From Octopus bimaculoides (Eukaryota), in assembly GCF_001194135.2 (NCBI RefSeq), contig NC_069000.1, positions 10,008,254 to 10,072,253 of the forward strand: a stretch of 64,000 nt of DNA. Reading direction: 5' to 3'. The notes under the pieces were generated by a model that worked only from the letters and a program-made list of their open reading frames with translations, was not told the origin of the DNA and did not search any database. The number at the start of each line of letters is the position of its first letter. Positions within the stretch are counted from its first letter, which is position 1. This document shows, in pieces, positions 14,707 to 28,092 of this stretch. The translations under genes and the position numbers were made by a program.

Positions 14707-15718
14707 GAGGCACATGCATAATAGATAATATATTTACCAGCACAAAGTCTTTTTTTTTTTAAACACAAACTATCTTTGTTCACAAAAAACCCTAATTGGC
14801 AGCCAACAACCAGTTATTGAAACAGAGGTAGATAATAATGTGTTTCAGGAATTTGTGAGTGGAAAACGTGTGCAGATATGCAGACAAGATGAGATGCACA
14901 CACAAACATGTACACACACACACACACACACAGAGTATGGTAGAGGCACAGAAGGACATGGTGTAGAGAGCCTGACACAAAACAGCTTATACAGGTGTCA
15001 CACTCACACAACTAACATGCAACCATCAATATGCTTATCCAGGTAATATTTACAAATATTTAAGCATGCAAATATTTAATTATAATAAGTGTTTGTACAG
15101 TCACAGAATATATACGCATATGTGTGTGTGTGTGTGTGCATGTGCGCGTAGTTAAGGACTTCAATCTTCCATACAATCAAACATTGAAATAATTCTCTAA
15201 TACCTGAATTCAGATTGCAAAGTGACTCATGGAGAGCTATTACACACCATGGAATGAGCCATTCTTCAAAGTCTGGCAAAACCATTTCAAGAGGATCCCA
15301 TTAGATTTAATCGGTTTAATACCAACTCTAATCAACTTTCAGATACAGGCATGATACAGTGTAAACAGCTCTTCCTTCCATAAATTCTTTAACTTTATAA
15401 TGGTTGTTATTGTTTAATAGTTCTTGATGGCTTCCGATGTTATGCTCAAGTAAGAGGAAAATGGCAAACTTGGATGAACTCTAAAGATTCTTTATGATTG
15501 CATTCTTTTATTTGTTTCAATCATTTGACAGTGGCCATGCTGGAGCGCACCACATTGGAGGGTTTTTAGTCAAACAAATCGACCCCAGGACTTTTTTATT
15601 TTAAAGCCTGGTACTTTTTGCAGAACTCCTAAGTTACGGGGATGTAAACACACCAGCATCAGTTGTCAAGCGATGTTAGGGGTGGGGGGACAAACACAGA
15701 CACACAAACATATACATG

Positions 15719-15791
<73 letters not shown>

Positions 15792-18700
15792 GACGGGCTT
15801 CTTTCAGCTTCCGTCAACCAAATCCACTCATAAGGCCTTGGTTGGCCCAAGGCTATAGTAGAAGACAATCGCTCAAGGTGCCACACAGTTGGACTGAACC
15901 TGGAATCATGTGGTTGGTAAGCAAGCTGCTTACCACACAGCAGCTCCTACACCTATGTCTACTTGATGTCTACTTTTCCAAATTGGATCTGCACAATTCA
16001 ATCACACCAAACACACACCAACTGAGAATAAAAGGGCATGCATGAGGCTGTCTAACCTGCTAGAAAGAACTGTCAAATCTACCTTAAACGACACCTTACA
16101 TTCTTAAGAATAGACACAAACGCATCAGACAAAGCAATACTGAATATAAAAATAAAAACGGAAAGGTCATGGCTGGAATGCTTTTGTTCATATATCTGGG
16201 CAATCAGAGCCGACTCAGATGAAACAACATCATATAAAAGAGACAGAAATATCCAAACACCAACCAGGGAAACAGAAATCCTTGCTTTGGTAATTGGACA
16301 TCTCCCAATCTTCAAAGAGGGGAATGTCATAATTCTCTGCAGTAATTATGGCATTCCTCTCTTTGAAAGCTACAACACAATACAATTATTCGATGTCATT
16401 GGGTATCAGCACTAGAATTAGCAACATTTAATTAGTTAAGTGTAATTAACTCCACGTAATTGGTTAAGTGTAAGAATTCTTTATATAAATGCCATAAATG
16501 TTTTATTTTCTTATTTTTTTTTTATACAGAGAAAAGTGATGGGTAAGGGACAAAAAAAAAGAAAGAAAAAGAAAAGGTATTTGCTTACAGGACATCCCAG
16601 AAAGTCAGTTTTGTACATGAAGAACAGTCTTCCAAAAATAAACTAATATGGCAAGGAGATCGCCCCCAAGTCTAAGACAGCAACTTTTCTTGAGCTGGTG
16701 AATATAATATAACTGTAACTAACAATTTTCGTTCCTAACAGTAAGAACCAATATAGAGTGAAAGAAGCAACAAGCATAGAAAAATGATTTCCGAAGAGCT
16801 GGTGATCACAGCTGAAAACACCAAGCTTGCACTGCCATAACAGTTGATAAAAGGAAGGACATATACTTGCATAGTGGAGGCACATAGCCTAGTGGTTAGA
16901 GCAGTGAACTCATGGTCATGGGTTCGAATCTCAGACTGGACGATGTGTGTTTTCATGAGTGAAACACCTAAGCTCCACGCAGCTCCAGCAGAAGGTAATG
17001 GCAAACTTATGCTGACTCTTTCGCCACAACTTTCACTCACTCTTTCCTCCTGCATCTAGCAGCTCATCTGTGACGGACCAGCGTCCCGTCCAGGGAACCT
17101 ATATGCCAATGAAGCCGGAAAACCAGCCCTTATGAACCAAGCATGGCTCGAGAAGGAACAAATAGTTGCATTAATACCTGTCACCCATCGTTTTCATAAA
17201 CAGAGTGCATATTATTGAGATACAAGACGCCATCACAACATTGAAAATAAAAAGTAAAGACTATCAAAAATACATATCATGGCTACAATTTATAAAGATG
17301 AAGGGATGATGATGTCGAAAAAAATGACAGCATTTGTCATTACCATCATCTACTGTCCATTTTTCCATACTTGTATGGGTCAAACAGTATTTGCCGAGGC
17401 AGATTTTCTATGGCTGGATGCCCTTCCTGTCATCAACCCGTGCCAGTCCCCAAACAAGGTAATATTTCCACATGACCAAACATGTTTTTCACAGAAGACT
17501 GGAAACAAACAACACTGCTATTATGATGATGATGATGATAATAATGATGTTTGTTTACAATCACTAAGTGCTTGTTTTTCTTTTTTTTTTTCAGTTTCTG
17601 TCTACCAAATCCACCCATGTGGCATTGGTCAGCCTAGGGTCATAGCAGAAGAAACTTACCCACACAGCCAAGCCTGTGCTTAATGATGATAATGATCCTG
17701 GCAGGTCAAAGCCGAATCTTCTCCTTTCAAGAAAGCCTAGGGTTATAACAGAAGAAACTTACCCAACGTGCCACACAACAGGACTGAACCAGAGACCACA
17801 TAGTTAGGAAGCAAGCGTCTTACCCACACAGCCAAGCCTGTGCTTAATGATGATAATGATTATGGCAGCTCAAAGCTGAATCTTCTTTCAAGAAAGCGTA
17901 GTTTTTTTTTGTATTAATACACTTAGTAAGTTAGCCATGGTCAAACAATGAATGTCATTAGATGGTCATCTCATGGCCACTGAGACAACTAGAAAGACAG
18001 TTTAGTATTATTGCATGTCATCATCATAAGTTGATTATATTTCTTCGTTTAGTAACTTCCCAAATGAGTGTCTGGTGTACTGTTTTTATTGTCTCCTCCT
18101 CCTCCCACCACTAATGATCATAATTACCAGCCAGCCAGCAGGTCAGAGAGAGAGAGAGAGAGAGAGGGAGGGAGAGATAGTCATTGCAACAAAGAAGAGG
18201 AAAAGCAGAAGCAGCTAAGAACGGGGTGTGGGGTGGTGCAGTTGAGTAGAGATAAGGTGGGAGTCGGAGGAGGAAAAGAAGGGAAACTAATGATAAAATT
18301 ATATCACAATCATACAGAAATGATCAATGAGACGATGATATTAATAACGTAAAATCATATGCGGTTAGATAAAAGGATACCAACGATTACGACAAGAAAT
18401 AATATAAATGATCAAATTAATATCCACCAAATTCCCAAGATGGTAGCACTTAAAGGCCAAGTTTAGTTATATTACAAACAGCATTGCATCTCATGAAGAG
18501 CTCTGTGTGCAACCCTACCCCAGTGAGCAGAAATTTGCAGTAGTCGTCATTCGGTCTCTAAACAAAGAGGAAATTTTTCGGTAAATTGCAATTTACAGAG
18601 ATTCGGTGATTTTGAAAATGTAATTTAATTACAGAGCTTTTCATTAGAAATAAACTAATAAAATATTTCTAGGCAAATAAAACAAAAAATTAATTATGCA

Positions 18701-18831
18701 ACAACAATCGATAGAAATGAAGGTTCCAAGTTTCCTACATTAGCAAAACAGGGCCAGATTCTCAATAAACCCCAAAACTGGCAGATGTTTTAAGCACAAA
18801 CACCAATATGCAGCATGAAATTCAATAGATT

Positions 18832-18866
<35 letters not shown>

Positions 18867-19301
18867 CATAATAATAACAACAATCCTTTCTATTATAGGC
18901 ACGAGGCCTGAAATTTTGGGGGAGGGGGTTAGTTGATTACACCAACCTCAGTGCTCGATTGGTACTTATTCTATCGGTCTCTTTTGTCGAACCGCTAATG
19001 TTACAGTGACGTTAACACACCAGCATCGGTTGCCAAGCGATGTTGGGAGGACAAACACAGACACACACACACACACACACATANNNNNNNNNNNNNNNNN
19101 NNNNNNNNNNNNNNNNNNNNNNNNNNNNNNNNNNNNNNNNNNNNNNNNNNNNNNNNNNNNNNNNNNNNNNNNNNNNNNNNNNNNNNNNNNNNNNNNNNNN
19201 NNNNNNNNNNNNNNNNNNNNNNNNNNNNNNNNNNNNNNNNNNNNNNNNNNNNNNNNNNNNNNNNNNNNNNNNNNNNNNNNNNNNNNNNNNNNNNNNNNNN
19301 N

Positions 19302-19340
<39 letters not shown>

Positions 19341-22300
19341 ACAAAATTTATACAAAAATAACACAACTAAAATTCTCATGCAATGTACAGATTTGTTATA
19401 TGAATAGTCAAAGTATTCTAGGTGACAGAGCGTAGCAGTAACTAAACGTATAAGAATAGGCACCAATTGTAAATGGAAGGAATAAGAACATATATAAGGC
19501 ATTGTGAATGTAATGTGGTGTTGCACAACCACCCAACCTATCGCAGGCAGCATAGGAGAGAACAGACATTAAAATAATGACAACATACTACACACACATT
19601 AAGTTATGTGAACACTATGACTAATCTGTAGATATGTTAGACTTGGCTTAAACAAAGGTCCCTTTACATAATGGCATGCAGACCAAATTAATCTAACTAA
19701 TTAATTAATTAATCAATTAATTCTTAGCTCCCTGTCATTAAGTTTGTATTCTTTTCTTGCTTTCTTTTTTTTCTGTTTTAACAATTTTTGTGTTTATTTT
19801 TCTTTCATACTGTTGGCTTAAAGATAATAGCTAAACAAAATAATGTAAGCAAAGAAAAAAAGATAAAAAGATTATAAAGAATCTAACGAAAAATAGAAAA
19901 GAAAAGAAACAGAGGAAGGAAAGAAATTAAGCCTTAACAACAGGGAGTAAACAATTAATTAAATAGATTAATTTGGTCTGCATTGCTAGAATGTGGCAAG
20001 CAGAGTGGTGTCTATTGCCTAAGAATTCAAAACTAGCTCTGTTAGGAGATTTTGAATATGTCTACAAAGTTGTTCACTCAACCAGCCACTCCTAAATGAC
20101 TTTTACAAGTAAATGAAAAAAACATATGTTAGCATTCCACAGCAAAAACGATGAAAACCCACAGATCAATCAGTATCAATGGTTCTCAACAATCTTTTGC
20201 CTATGGACCTTTTGGACTCCTATTTTACACTACTGAAACCTCCACAGCCATTTACTGTATATAAAATAAATTCCTGTTTTTATAATTAAATATTATTAAG
20301 AATTGCATAAAAAATTTTTTTTTTATATTTTGAGTATTGTAGAAATATAACCAATTTATTGGACAATAAATTTTAACAACAACAAAAAATCTTATATGGG
20401 GTCCCCCAGGGGCCATCTGAACCCTGATTGAGAAGCACTGCTCTATATCATTACTGGTAATTTATCCCAAGCAAAGATATTGAGGAGGAGAGATTTAATC
20501 CCTGTAATTTCTGAAATACTACTACCAACATATAAAAGCCTTCGTCCTTGAAGATAGACAGGCTGCTTGGCCATAGAGTAACTACAGCCTCAAATAAGCC
20601 CCTGTTTAACCCAAACTGGCATTGGAAATATGGACATTAAATGGATACACATACACACATATACATAAACATGCCTATACACATACAAGCTCTGCACTGT
20701 TTCCATCTATCAAATTCCACTCAGACCGTACTGGTCAACTCGACATAGGTTATTTAGTATACTAAATGTGTTAGTATTGATTATAAAATATTTAATCAAG
20801 GATGATTAATTGCACTAATTCCATCAGATCTTACATTTGAATTCAATCAGCAACACTTCTCAGTCTGACTGAATTTTTGCTTTGTAAATTAACGAAGCTG
20901 AAGGCTAATCATTTAAAGTAACAAATCTGAAACTTGTCTCAGAGGTGCTCTAGATTAGAAAATTACAATATACACACACATATACTTATTCAAACAGCAT
21001 TAATTGAAACCTTTTCTTTCCAGAGAAGCATGAAATTATTTACTGCGACAGTGTTTTGTTTCGGTTGAAATATACCTTAAGAATATTTATTAGTTAGATG
21101 CTTCAGAATTTGTCTCAAAATACTGCTGGGCAGTTTTGGCGCTGACATTTTAATACATGCCAGATGATATATATAACCGGTCTTTCAAGAATGCGTATAG
21201 CACAGCTCTACATTGCAAACTGGTTGTGTATATCACCTGCGATATTTGTTGTTAATCTGGGCAATGAAGGGTTATTGATGTCTGTGTGTGTGTGTGTAGA
21301 TGGATGGATGGATAAATTACCTTCAGAATATTCAAGGAAATTTAATTAAAATTTGAGATGAAAATTACCCAGTTGAAACACTTTTAGAAAACAGAAACTC
21401 TTAAATCTCTCTCCTGCTTATCATATTCATTTAATCTTTAACCCTTTAGTGTTTAAACCGGCTATATCCGGCCCAAATATTCTACACATTTAATGCTCAA
21501 ACTGGCCAGAACCAGTATCTCTAACCTGTCCTACAATGTCATTCTAAAAATAAGCAATTACATCTTTCAACTCTTGAAGCTACAAGATAATACCAGATTA
21601 ATTTTTTAAAATTTAAATGAATAAGGATTACTTTTGACATATTAATTTGAATGCTAAAGGGTTAAATATAAATATTCAAAAGTATTATATTCAAATACAG
21701 TGCAATTTACCTGTGACGACTATTACTGTATTGAATATAATTGTATATTATTAGACATGTCAATATTTAGCACAGCTAAGGTAGTGAGCTGACAGAAATG
21801 CTGGCACACTGGGCAAAAAGCTTAGTGGCACTTTGTTCATTTTCACATTCTGAGTTTGAATTCCACTGAAGTTGACTTTGTCTTTCATCCTTTCAGGGTC
21901 AATGAAATAAGGCTTTGGTTCAGCTCAAGGCTAAAGCAGAAGACACTTCCCAAGGTGCCACAGGGTGGTGGTGGTGGTGGTGGGGAGATGGTGATATAGC
22001 ATGGAGAGATGCAACACAGGAGTGCTGGTGATGCTCTGACAGAGTTGTAGAGATGCACAGTGGCTCTGATGGTGCATAAATTGATGGCAATGCAGAAAGA
22101 AGGAAGGGGCAGGGGATATAGTACTGATTTGTGCAGAATGGTGATGGTGGTGGTGGTAGTGGGGGCAGTAAGAAGTGGTGGTGAGGTTGGAATTCTGTGG
22201 AGGAAGAAATCAGAAATGTGACAAAGTTCTTTGTTGAAAGCGACATTAAGCAGTAAGCATAATTTATTGCACCAGCGCACAGTAGTTGTCACTTAACAGT

Positions 22301-24611
22301 GAGGCACAGTGTGACATAGTGTGACATAGTGTGATGTGGTGAGGTCATTTGGTACATTTGATGTCATGGAAAGTAATGTCATAACCTCATTTAGTGTTCA
22401 ACCCAAGGCCAAGTCTGGATATGGTCAAAGACATTCCAGCTATGATAATCCTACCTTATTTTCAGACATAGTACATCTAAGACTATATTATCTAATGTGT
22501 CCTTCTTTTATGACAATATGATGTAATTTGGCTGCTGTTTCTAGCATGCCCAAAACCACAAACAGGCACTCATGTTGGACCATCATAGGTTCCAAAGCAG
22601 AGTGGATCACATGATCTTAATTTTATTTCTAGACATAATACATTTGGGACTACATTTTCCAATATGTCCTTCTTTTAAGAAAGTTGGATGTAACTTGGCT
22701 GCTATTTCTGGCAAGTCTAGCAACCACAAAGAAGCTCCCTTGTTGGGCCATCATAGTCATCAAAGTAGAGTGAATCAGATGATCTTGTTTTATTTCCAAG
22801 AATACATTATCCAATATAGCCTCCTTTCAATACAGTAGGATGTAATTTTACTGCTGTTTCTAGCAAGTCCAGCGACCACAAACAGGCTCCTTTGTCAGGT
22901 CACTATAGTTTCCATAGAAGAGAGGATCAGAAGGAACTAGACTCAGCCTAAGAAACAGCGAAGATGGTGGAGCTGGGAACGGTGGTGACAGCCGATATTA
23001 GAATAACTGAACAATTTTAATAGCCCAGAACACAAAAGACAGTAAATAATAACCTAGATGTCGCACTGTCACCTTCCCCTCTCTTTGGCCACTGTCATTA
23101 GATAATGGGTGTCCATAAACCATCAAAGTATGTGTCAGGTGTCCCACCAACAAAAGTTAATTTTTAATTTACGACACGAGAATATTGCTGGAAATACAGT
23201 TTATGACTTCGGCAGGTTAAGGAGATACACGGCAGCAGTGGAAACTACGATGATGGCGGCGCTGTTGAAGACCTGCTCTGTTTGAAATGGTGCCGAAAGA
23301 ATGGGTAATGGAGAATAACAAGACACTGAATGAGTTTTAATGGGTATTTTTATGTATATTTTTAGTGAGAAAGGTATTAATGCTCAATAACAATAATAAT
23401 AATGATAATAATAATAATAATAAGAAAAAGAAGAACAACATACATATTTACACGCACATTTACAAATATATATATATACACATACACACATACACAATAT
23501 TATCTCCCTTCCATTCAACCTCTTTTTTCCCAATCATTCACCATGTTGGACTACTAAACTTGCGTTTGTTTTTCAGTCTCTCTTTATTTATTTCCTCTTA
23601 TTCCTTTCTGCTGAAGAGCAGAGGCTCGAAACGTTGCCAGTACCGCCGGACTGGCCCTCATACCGGTGGCACGTAAAAAGCACTCACTACACTCTCAGAG
23701 TGGTTGGCGTTAGGAAGGGTATCCAGCTGTAGAAACTCTGTCGAATCAGATTAGAGTCGGGTGTAGCCATCCGCTTCACCAGTCCCCAGTCAAATCATCC
23801 AACCCACGCTAGCATGGAAAGCGGACGTTAAATGATGATGATGATGATATATATGAATACATTGAGGGTATCATACGAACATTTACAAATACAAGCACAC
23901 ATAGATGGAGGTTAATAAACCTTCTACATAAAAACTGCAAATGCCTTTAAATAATTGCCAGTGAAACAAAGGAAGAAAGCTAAATTATTGATTCTTCTAT
24001 TTAAATACTCTCAAGTGAATATGATCAAATTGGGATGTAACTATGGTCAACTTGGCGCCACACCACCACCAGACTAATTATACTGTTAATGCAAAGTTAA
24101 ATGGTGCTACTATGACGGTAATGATGCCATAGCAGTGACGATGGACCTATTACTGGACATTAAATTCTGTTACAGTAATTAAACTAATGTAAACTGAAAA
24201 TTAAAAAAAAAAAATAAACGCCTTGCCTTATGATTGTATTAGAATACCATCGAAAGATCTATCAACAGACAATACTATCGTTATAGCAATAACTTCAGAC
24301 TTATTACTAACAGTAGATTTATACGTTATAACGACTACAGAGGTAGTATAAATAGGCACAAGTATAGCTGTGTGGTTAAGAAGGCTGCTTCCCAACCACG
24401 TGGTTTTGGGTTCAGTCCCACTGCTGCAATATACCTCAGGCAAGTGTCTTTAATAACAGCTATGAGCTGATAAAAGCCTTGTAAGTGGATTTGGCAGATG
24501 AGATCCCAAAGAATCCCATTGTATTTCTACATTTTTCTCTGTGTGTGTGTGTGTTTGTATGTAAGTATATATATGAGTGTATCTGTGAGAGTGTGTGTTT
24601 GTGTGTGAGAG

Positions 24612-24647
<36 letters not shown>

Positions 24648-27600
24648 TGTATCTGTGTATGTGTGCACGTGCATGTGTGATACCTTGTCTTGACATTGCA
24701 TGATAGTTCTGAACAAGTGTCACTGCCATACAAACGGTGTCATTCATTTCCAATCTTCCACAAAAACATGTCTGATCATGGGGAACTATTATTACTTTGC
24801 TTATGGATACTCAGCTGTAGAAAAATCTACCTTGCCCAATGAAACATTTAAACTATTGCGATGATGATGGTAATTACTTCCTTTTGTTTTAAATGGATTG
24901 GTCTGGAATATCCCATAGACTGTGCAGTTCCTCCAAGACAAGTAAACCAAATGTGGTTGGTAAAATCATTAGAATATCAGACAAAATGCCCAGCAGCATT
25001 TAATTATAAACCTTTTATGTTCTGAATTCAAATCTTGTTGAAATCAACTTTGTTCTTCACGGTCAATAAAATATAGTTCCAGTCAAGCACTGGGGAGAAA
25101 TGTAAGCTCTTTTAATGCATCCAAAATTTAAATGGGATTATAACGGAATACAAGAGAAAACAACAAAATAAAGTTGAAGCCTAAATGAAGACTGAGCTTG
25201 CTGGGAACACAGGAAATCTTAGCACTTGTAACAAATATCATATATAATGTGGAGTAAATGTTTGCCTGATGATATTCATACCGTGACGGAAATAAATTTT
25301 AGGAACCAGGAACGCACTATAGTCTCTGAGACTGATTTTGGGAAAGAGGGGACTGGGAGTCATGGGTTATAGGGCAGTCATGTATTTTGAGTTTGAAGGA
25401 CTGCCTAAAAATACACAACACATTATAGAAGTTTGTCTAACAATCGTATTATCAGAGGCATGAAACTGATAGTAGCTTGCATTTAAACCCTATGTATATT
25501 AAATTATACATCCATACAAATATATATATATATATATATATGAAATCAAATACAAAACACATCATCAACAAAAATTCAAGACATTCACAGTTCATATTAT
25601 TCAGTTGATACTCAAAGTAGGAAAAGAATTGAGTAAAAGTTATAAAGTATAACATTTTGGACAAAACCCTTTGTTGTATACTAGAGAAACATCCAAGCAA
25701 AGAAAAGGAAGAGAAGAAAGGACATAAGAAAAGAAAAAGAGAGCCAAAGAAAAACGAAAACAACATAAGTTAGGTTCAACCTCTAGTATGTATACATACT
25801 TACATCTGCCCTGCAGATATATCTCTTTGCAAATCAAAGTAAAAGAGGATATCTATAGACAACTGCTTTGAAACCTGCAGCTTCTCTATCCAGACTATGA
25901 ATTCATATTCATACCAATAATAACTGGAGCACTAGATTTTGTTAGTAAATGCTTAAAGGAGAATCTGGATAAACTGAGGTTGTCAGAAAGAGAAACTGAC
26001 CGGCTGATTCGTGCATTACAAGTGCAATCTGTGAGTGGAACAGTAAAAATATGCAACACTTTTCTCAAGTTCCAAATGTGAATTTGTCTATGTTAACTAA
26101 ATCCCAAAGAAGGAGCCTTGTATCTTTGTTGGAAACTGGTGCCCTCCTTGGTGGAAGATTTATAATAATTAAAAAATAGGAGAGACATACATACACATAT
26201 ATGATACACAAACATTCGACTATTAGTTTAGCAGACATGGTTGTAAGCTAATGAAGTTCATGACCTAGTTTCTTATTCCTTTGTCATTTTAATTTCTTAT
26301 TACTGATCTATACTTGACTGACACTTTGTTCTAAAGCATGAGTATACTGAATTATAACACCAGGTTATCAGTATTGCTAAACCTAAGTGAAATTATATAT
26401 NNNNNNNNNNNNNNNNNNNNNNNNNNNNNNNNNNNNNNNNNNNNNNNNNNNNNNNNNNNNNNNNNNNNNNNNNNNNNNNNNNNNNNNNNNNNNNNNNNNN
26501 NNNNNNNNNNNNNNNNNNNNNNNNNNNNNNNNNNNNNNNNNNNNNNNNNNNNNNNNNNNNNNNNNNNNNNNNCTTATAGATAAAGTATATATAAAATATA
26601 TATAGTTTTAGGGAAAATAACCAATTTTCAAGAACTCATCGATGAAAATCCACTATCACATATAGAAAAATTAATAATTAAAAGCACAATAAATGAGTAT
26701 AATATAAAGTAAAGTAAATATCATAAGATAAATATAATAAATATAATATATATATATATATATATATATAGTAAAAAAGAAGGGATCAATTACAGTGACA
26801 ATTGATAAATCCCTTAACCCCTTGGCGGTCGTTGGGGCAGTGCAGCCTTGCAGTGTGTCTAGGGCGAGAAAGCCTGGCAGAGCTCATCCCTCTCCAGGCT
26901 AAACTCATTTCTACAGCTTAGTGGACTGGAGCAACATGAAAAGAAGTGTTTTGCTCAAGAACACAACAGATGTCTAGTCCAAGGATTGAAACCACAATCT
27001 TACGGTCATGAATCCAACACCCTAACCACTAAGCCAATTAAATTAGATCAAAGTGAATCAATAGTAAAGCACACTTGATGTTTTGGCTGGACAGTTTATG
27101 CCAAATATCCCTGGTAATATGCTGTGTTTCCAATAAATTCCTCTAGAAGAGAGACTAAATTATCAATGTCTGTCATGAAAGGGAAGTCATTTTACTAAGG
27201 AAAAATTATATTTGGGAATGAAAAATAGTTTAACAATGAAGGGTCTTTTCCATAAGTGTTTTAGGGGTTCATGGAGCGCGCAAATGGTGAACAATAATTT
27301 GATATTTGGCCCTTGATGGTTAGCATAGGTATATAAAGGGGAGCGATAGTGAAGTGGTAATAGAGAATGGAGACACAGTGAAGGTGAAACAAAGAGAAAC
27401 ACAGGCTGAAGTAGGTACAACAGCAGAATAAAGATAGATTTGGTGATGGGGATTGTGAGACTATGTATGTGTGTGTGTGTGTGTGTATGCATATGTCTGT
27501 GTGTGTGTATATATATATATATAATGTATGTATGCATATATATATATATATATATATGTATAATGTATGTATGTATGTATATATATAATGTATGTATACA

Positions 27601-28055
27601 TATATATAATGTATGCATGTATGTATGTATGTATATCTATCTATCTACTTATATATCATATGTACATATAATGTATCCATGTATATAAATATACATGTGC
27701 GTGTGTATATACATACATACATTATATGATATATATATATATATAAATATATATATAATGTATGTATGTGTGCGTGCATGCATACATATACATACACACA
27801 CACATATATATATGCATATATATATATGTGTGCATACAAATATATTTATATATGTATATATATAATTGTAAATGTGTGTGCCTATATATATANNNNNNNN
27901 NNNNNNNNNNNNNNNNNNNNNNNNNNNNNNNNNNNNNNNNNNNNNNNNNNNNNNNNNNNNNNNNNNNNNNNNNNNNNNNNNNNNNNNNNNNNNNNNNNNN
28001 NNNNNNNNNNNNNNNNNNNNNNNNNNNNNNNNNNNNNNNNNNNNNNNNNTATATT

Positions 28056-28092
<37 letters not shown>

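Noticed and set aside
16589-16694. Exon-like segment on the minus strand (CACCAG ... GTAAGC)
   Set aside because: Stop codons in all three frames, and the gene model needs no exon here. It could only be a poison or non-coding exon, for which I have no evidence.
16877-16945. tRNA-like sequences (also 29455-29525, 5176-5245, 50030-50102)
   Set aside because: SINE heads: no complete cloverleaf or acceptor stem, and they run directly into SINE bodies.
21076-21236. Exon-like segment on the minus strand (CGCAG ... AAG|GTATA)
   Set aside because: Stops in all three frames; no family similarity.
22456-22932. Regularly spaced repeats as a possible CRISPR-like array
   Set aside because: Eukaryotic DNA, whole 167-bp units are homologous, there are no unique spacers and no cas genes.
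22935-23335. Relatively CpG-rich unique stretch (similar at 28140-28470)
   Set aside because: No sustained ORF, RNA structure or recognisable promoter motif; origin cannot be assigned.
25310-25404. Good-looking acceptor (TGTATTTTTAG) on the minus strand
   Set aside because: Phase-0 reading stops after 8 codons, and the other frames are short and unlike NUGGC.
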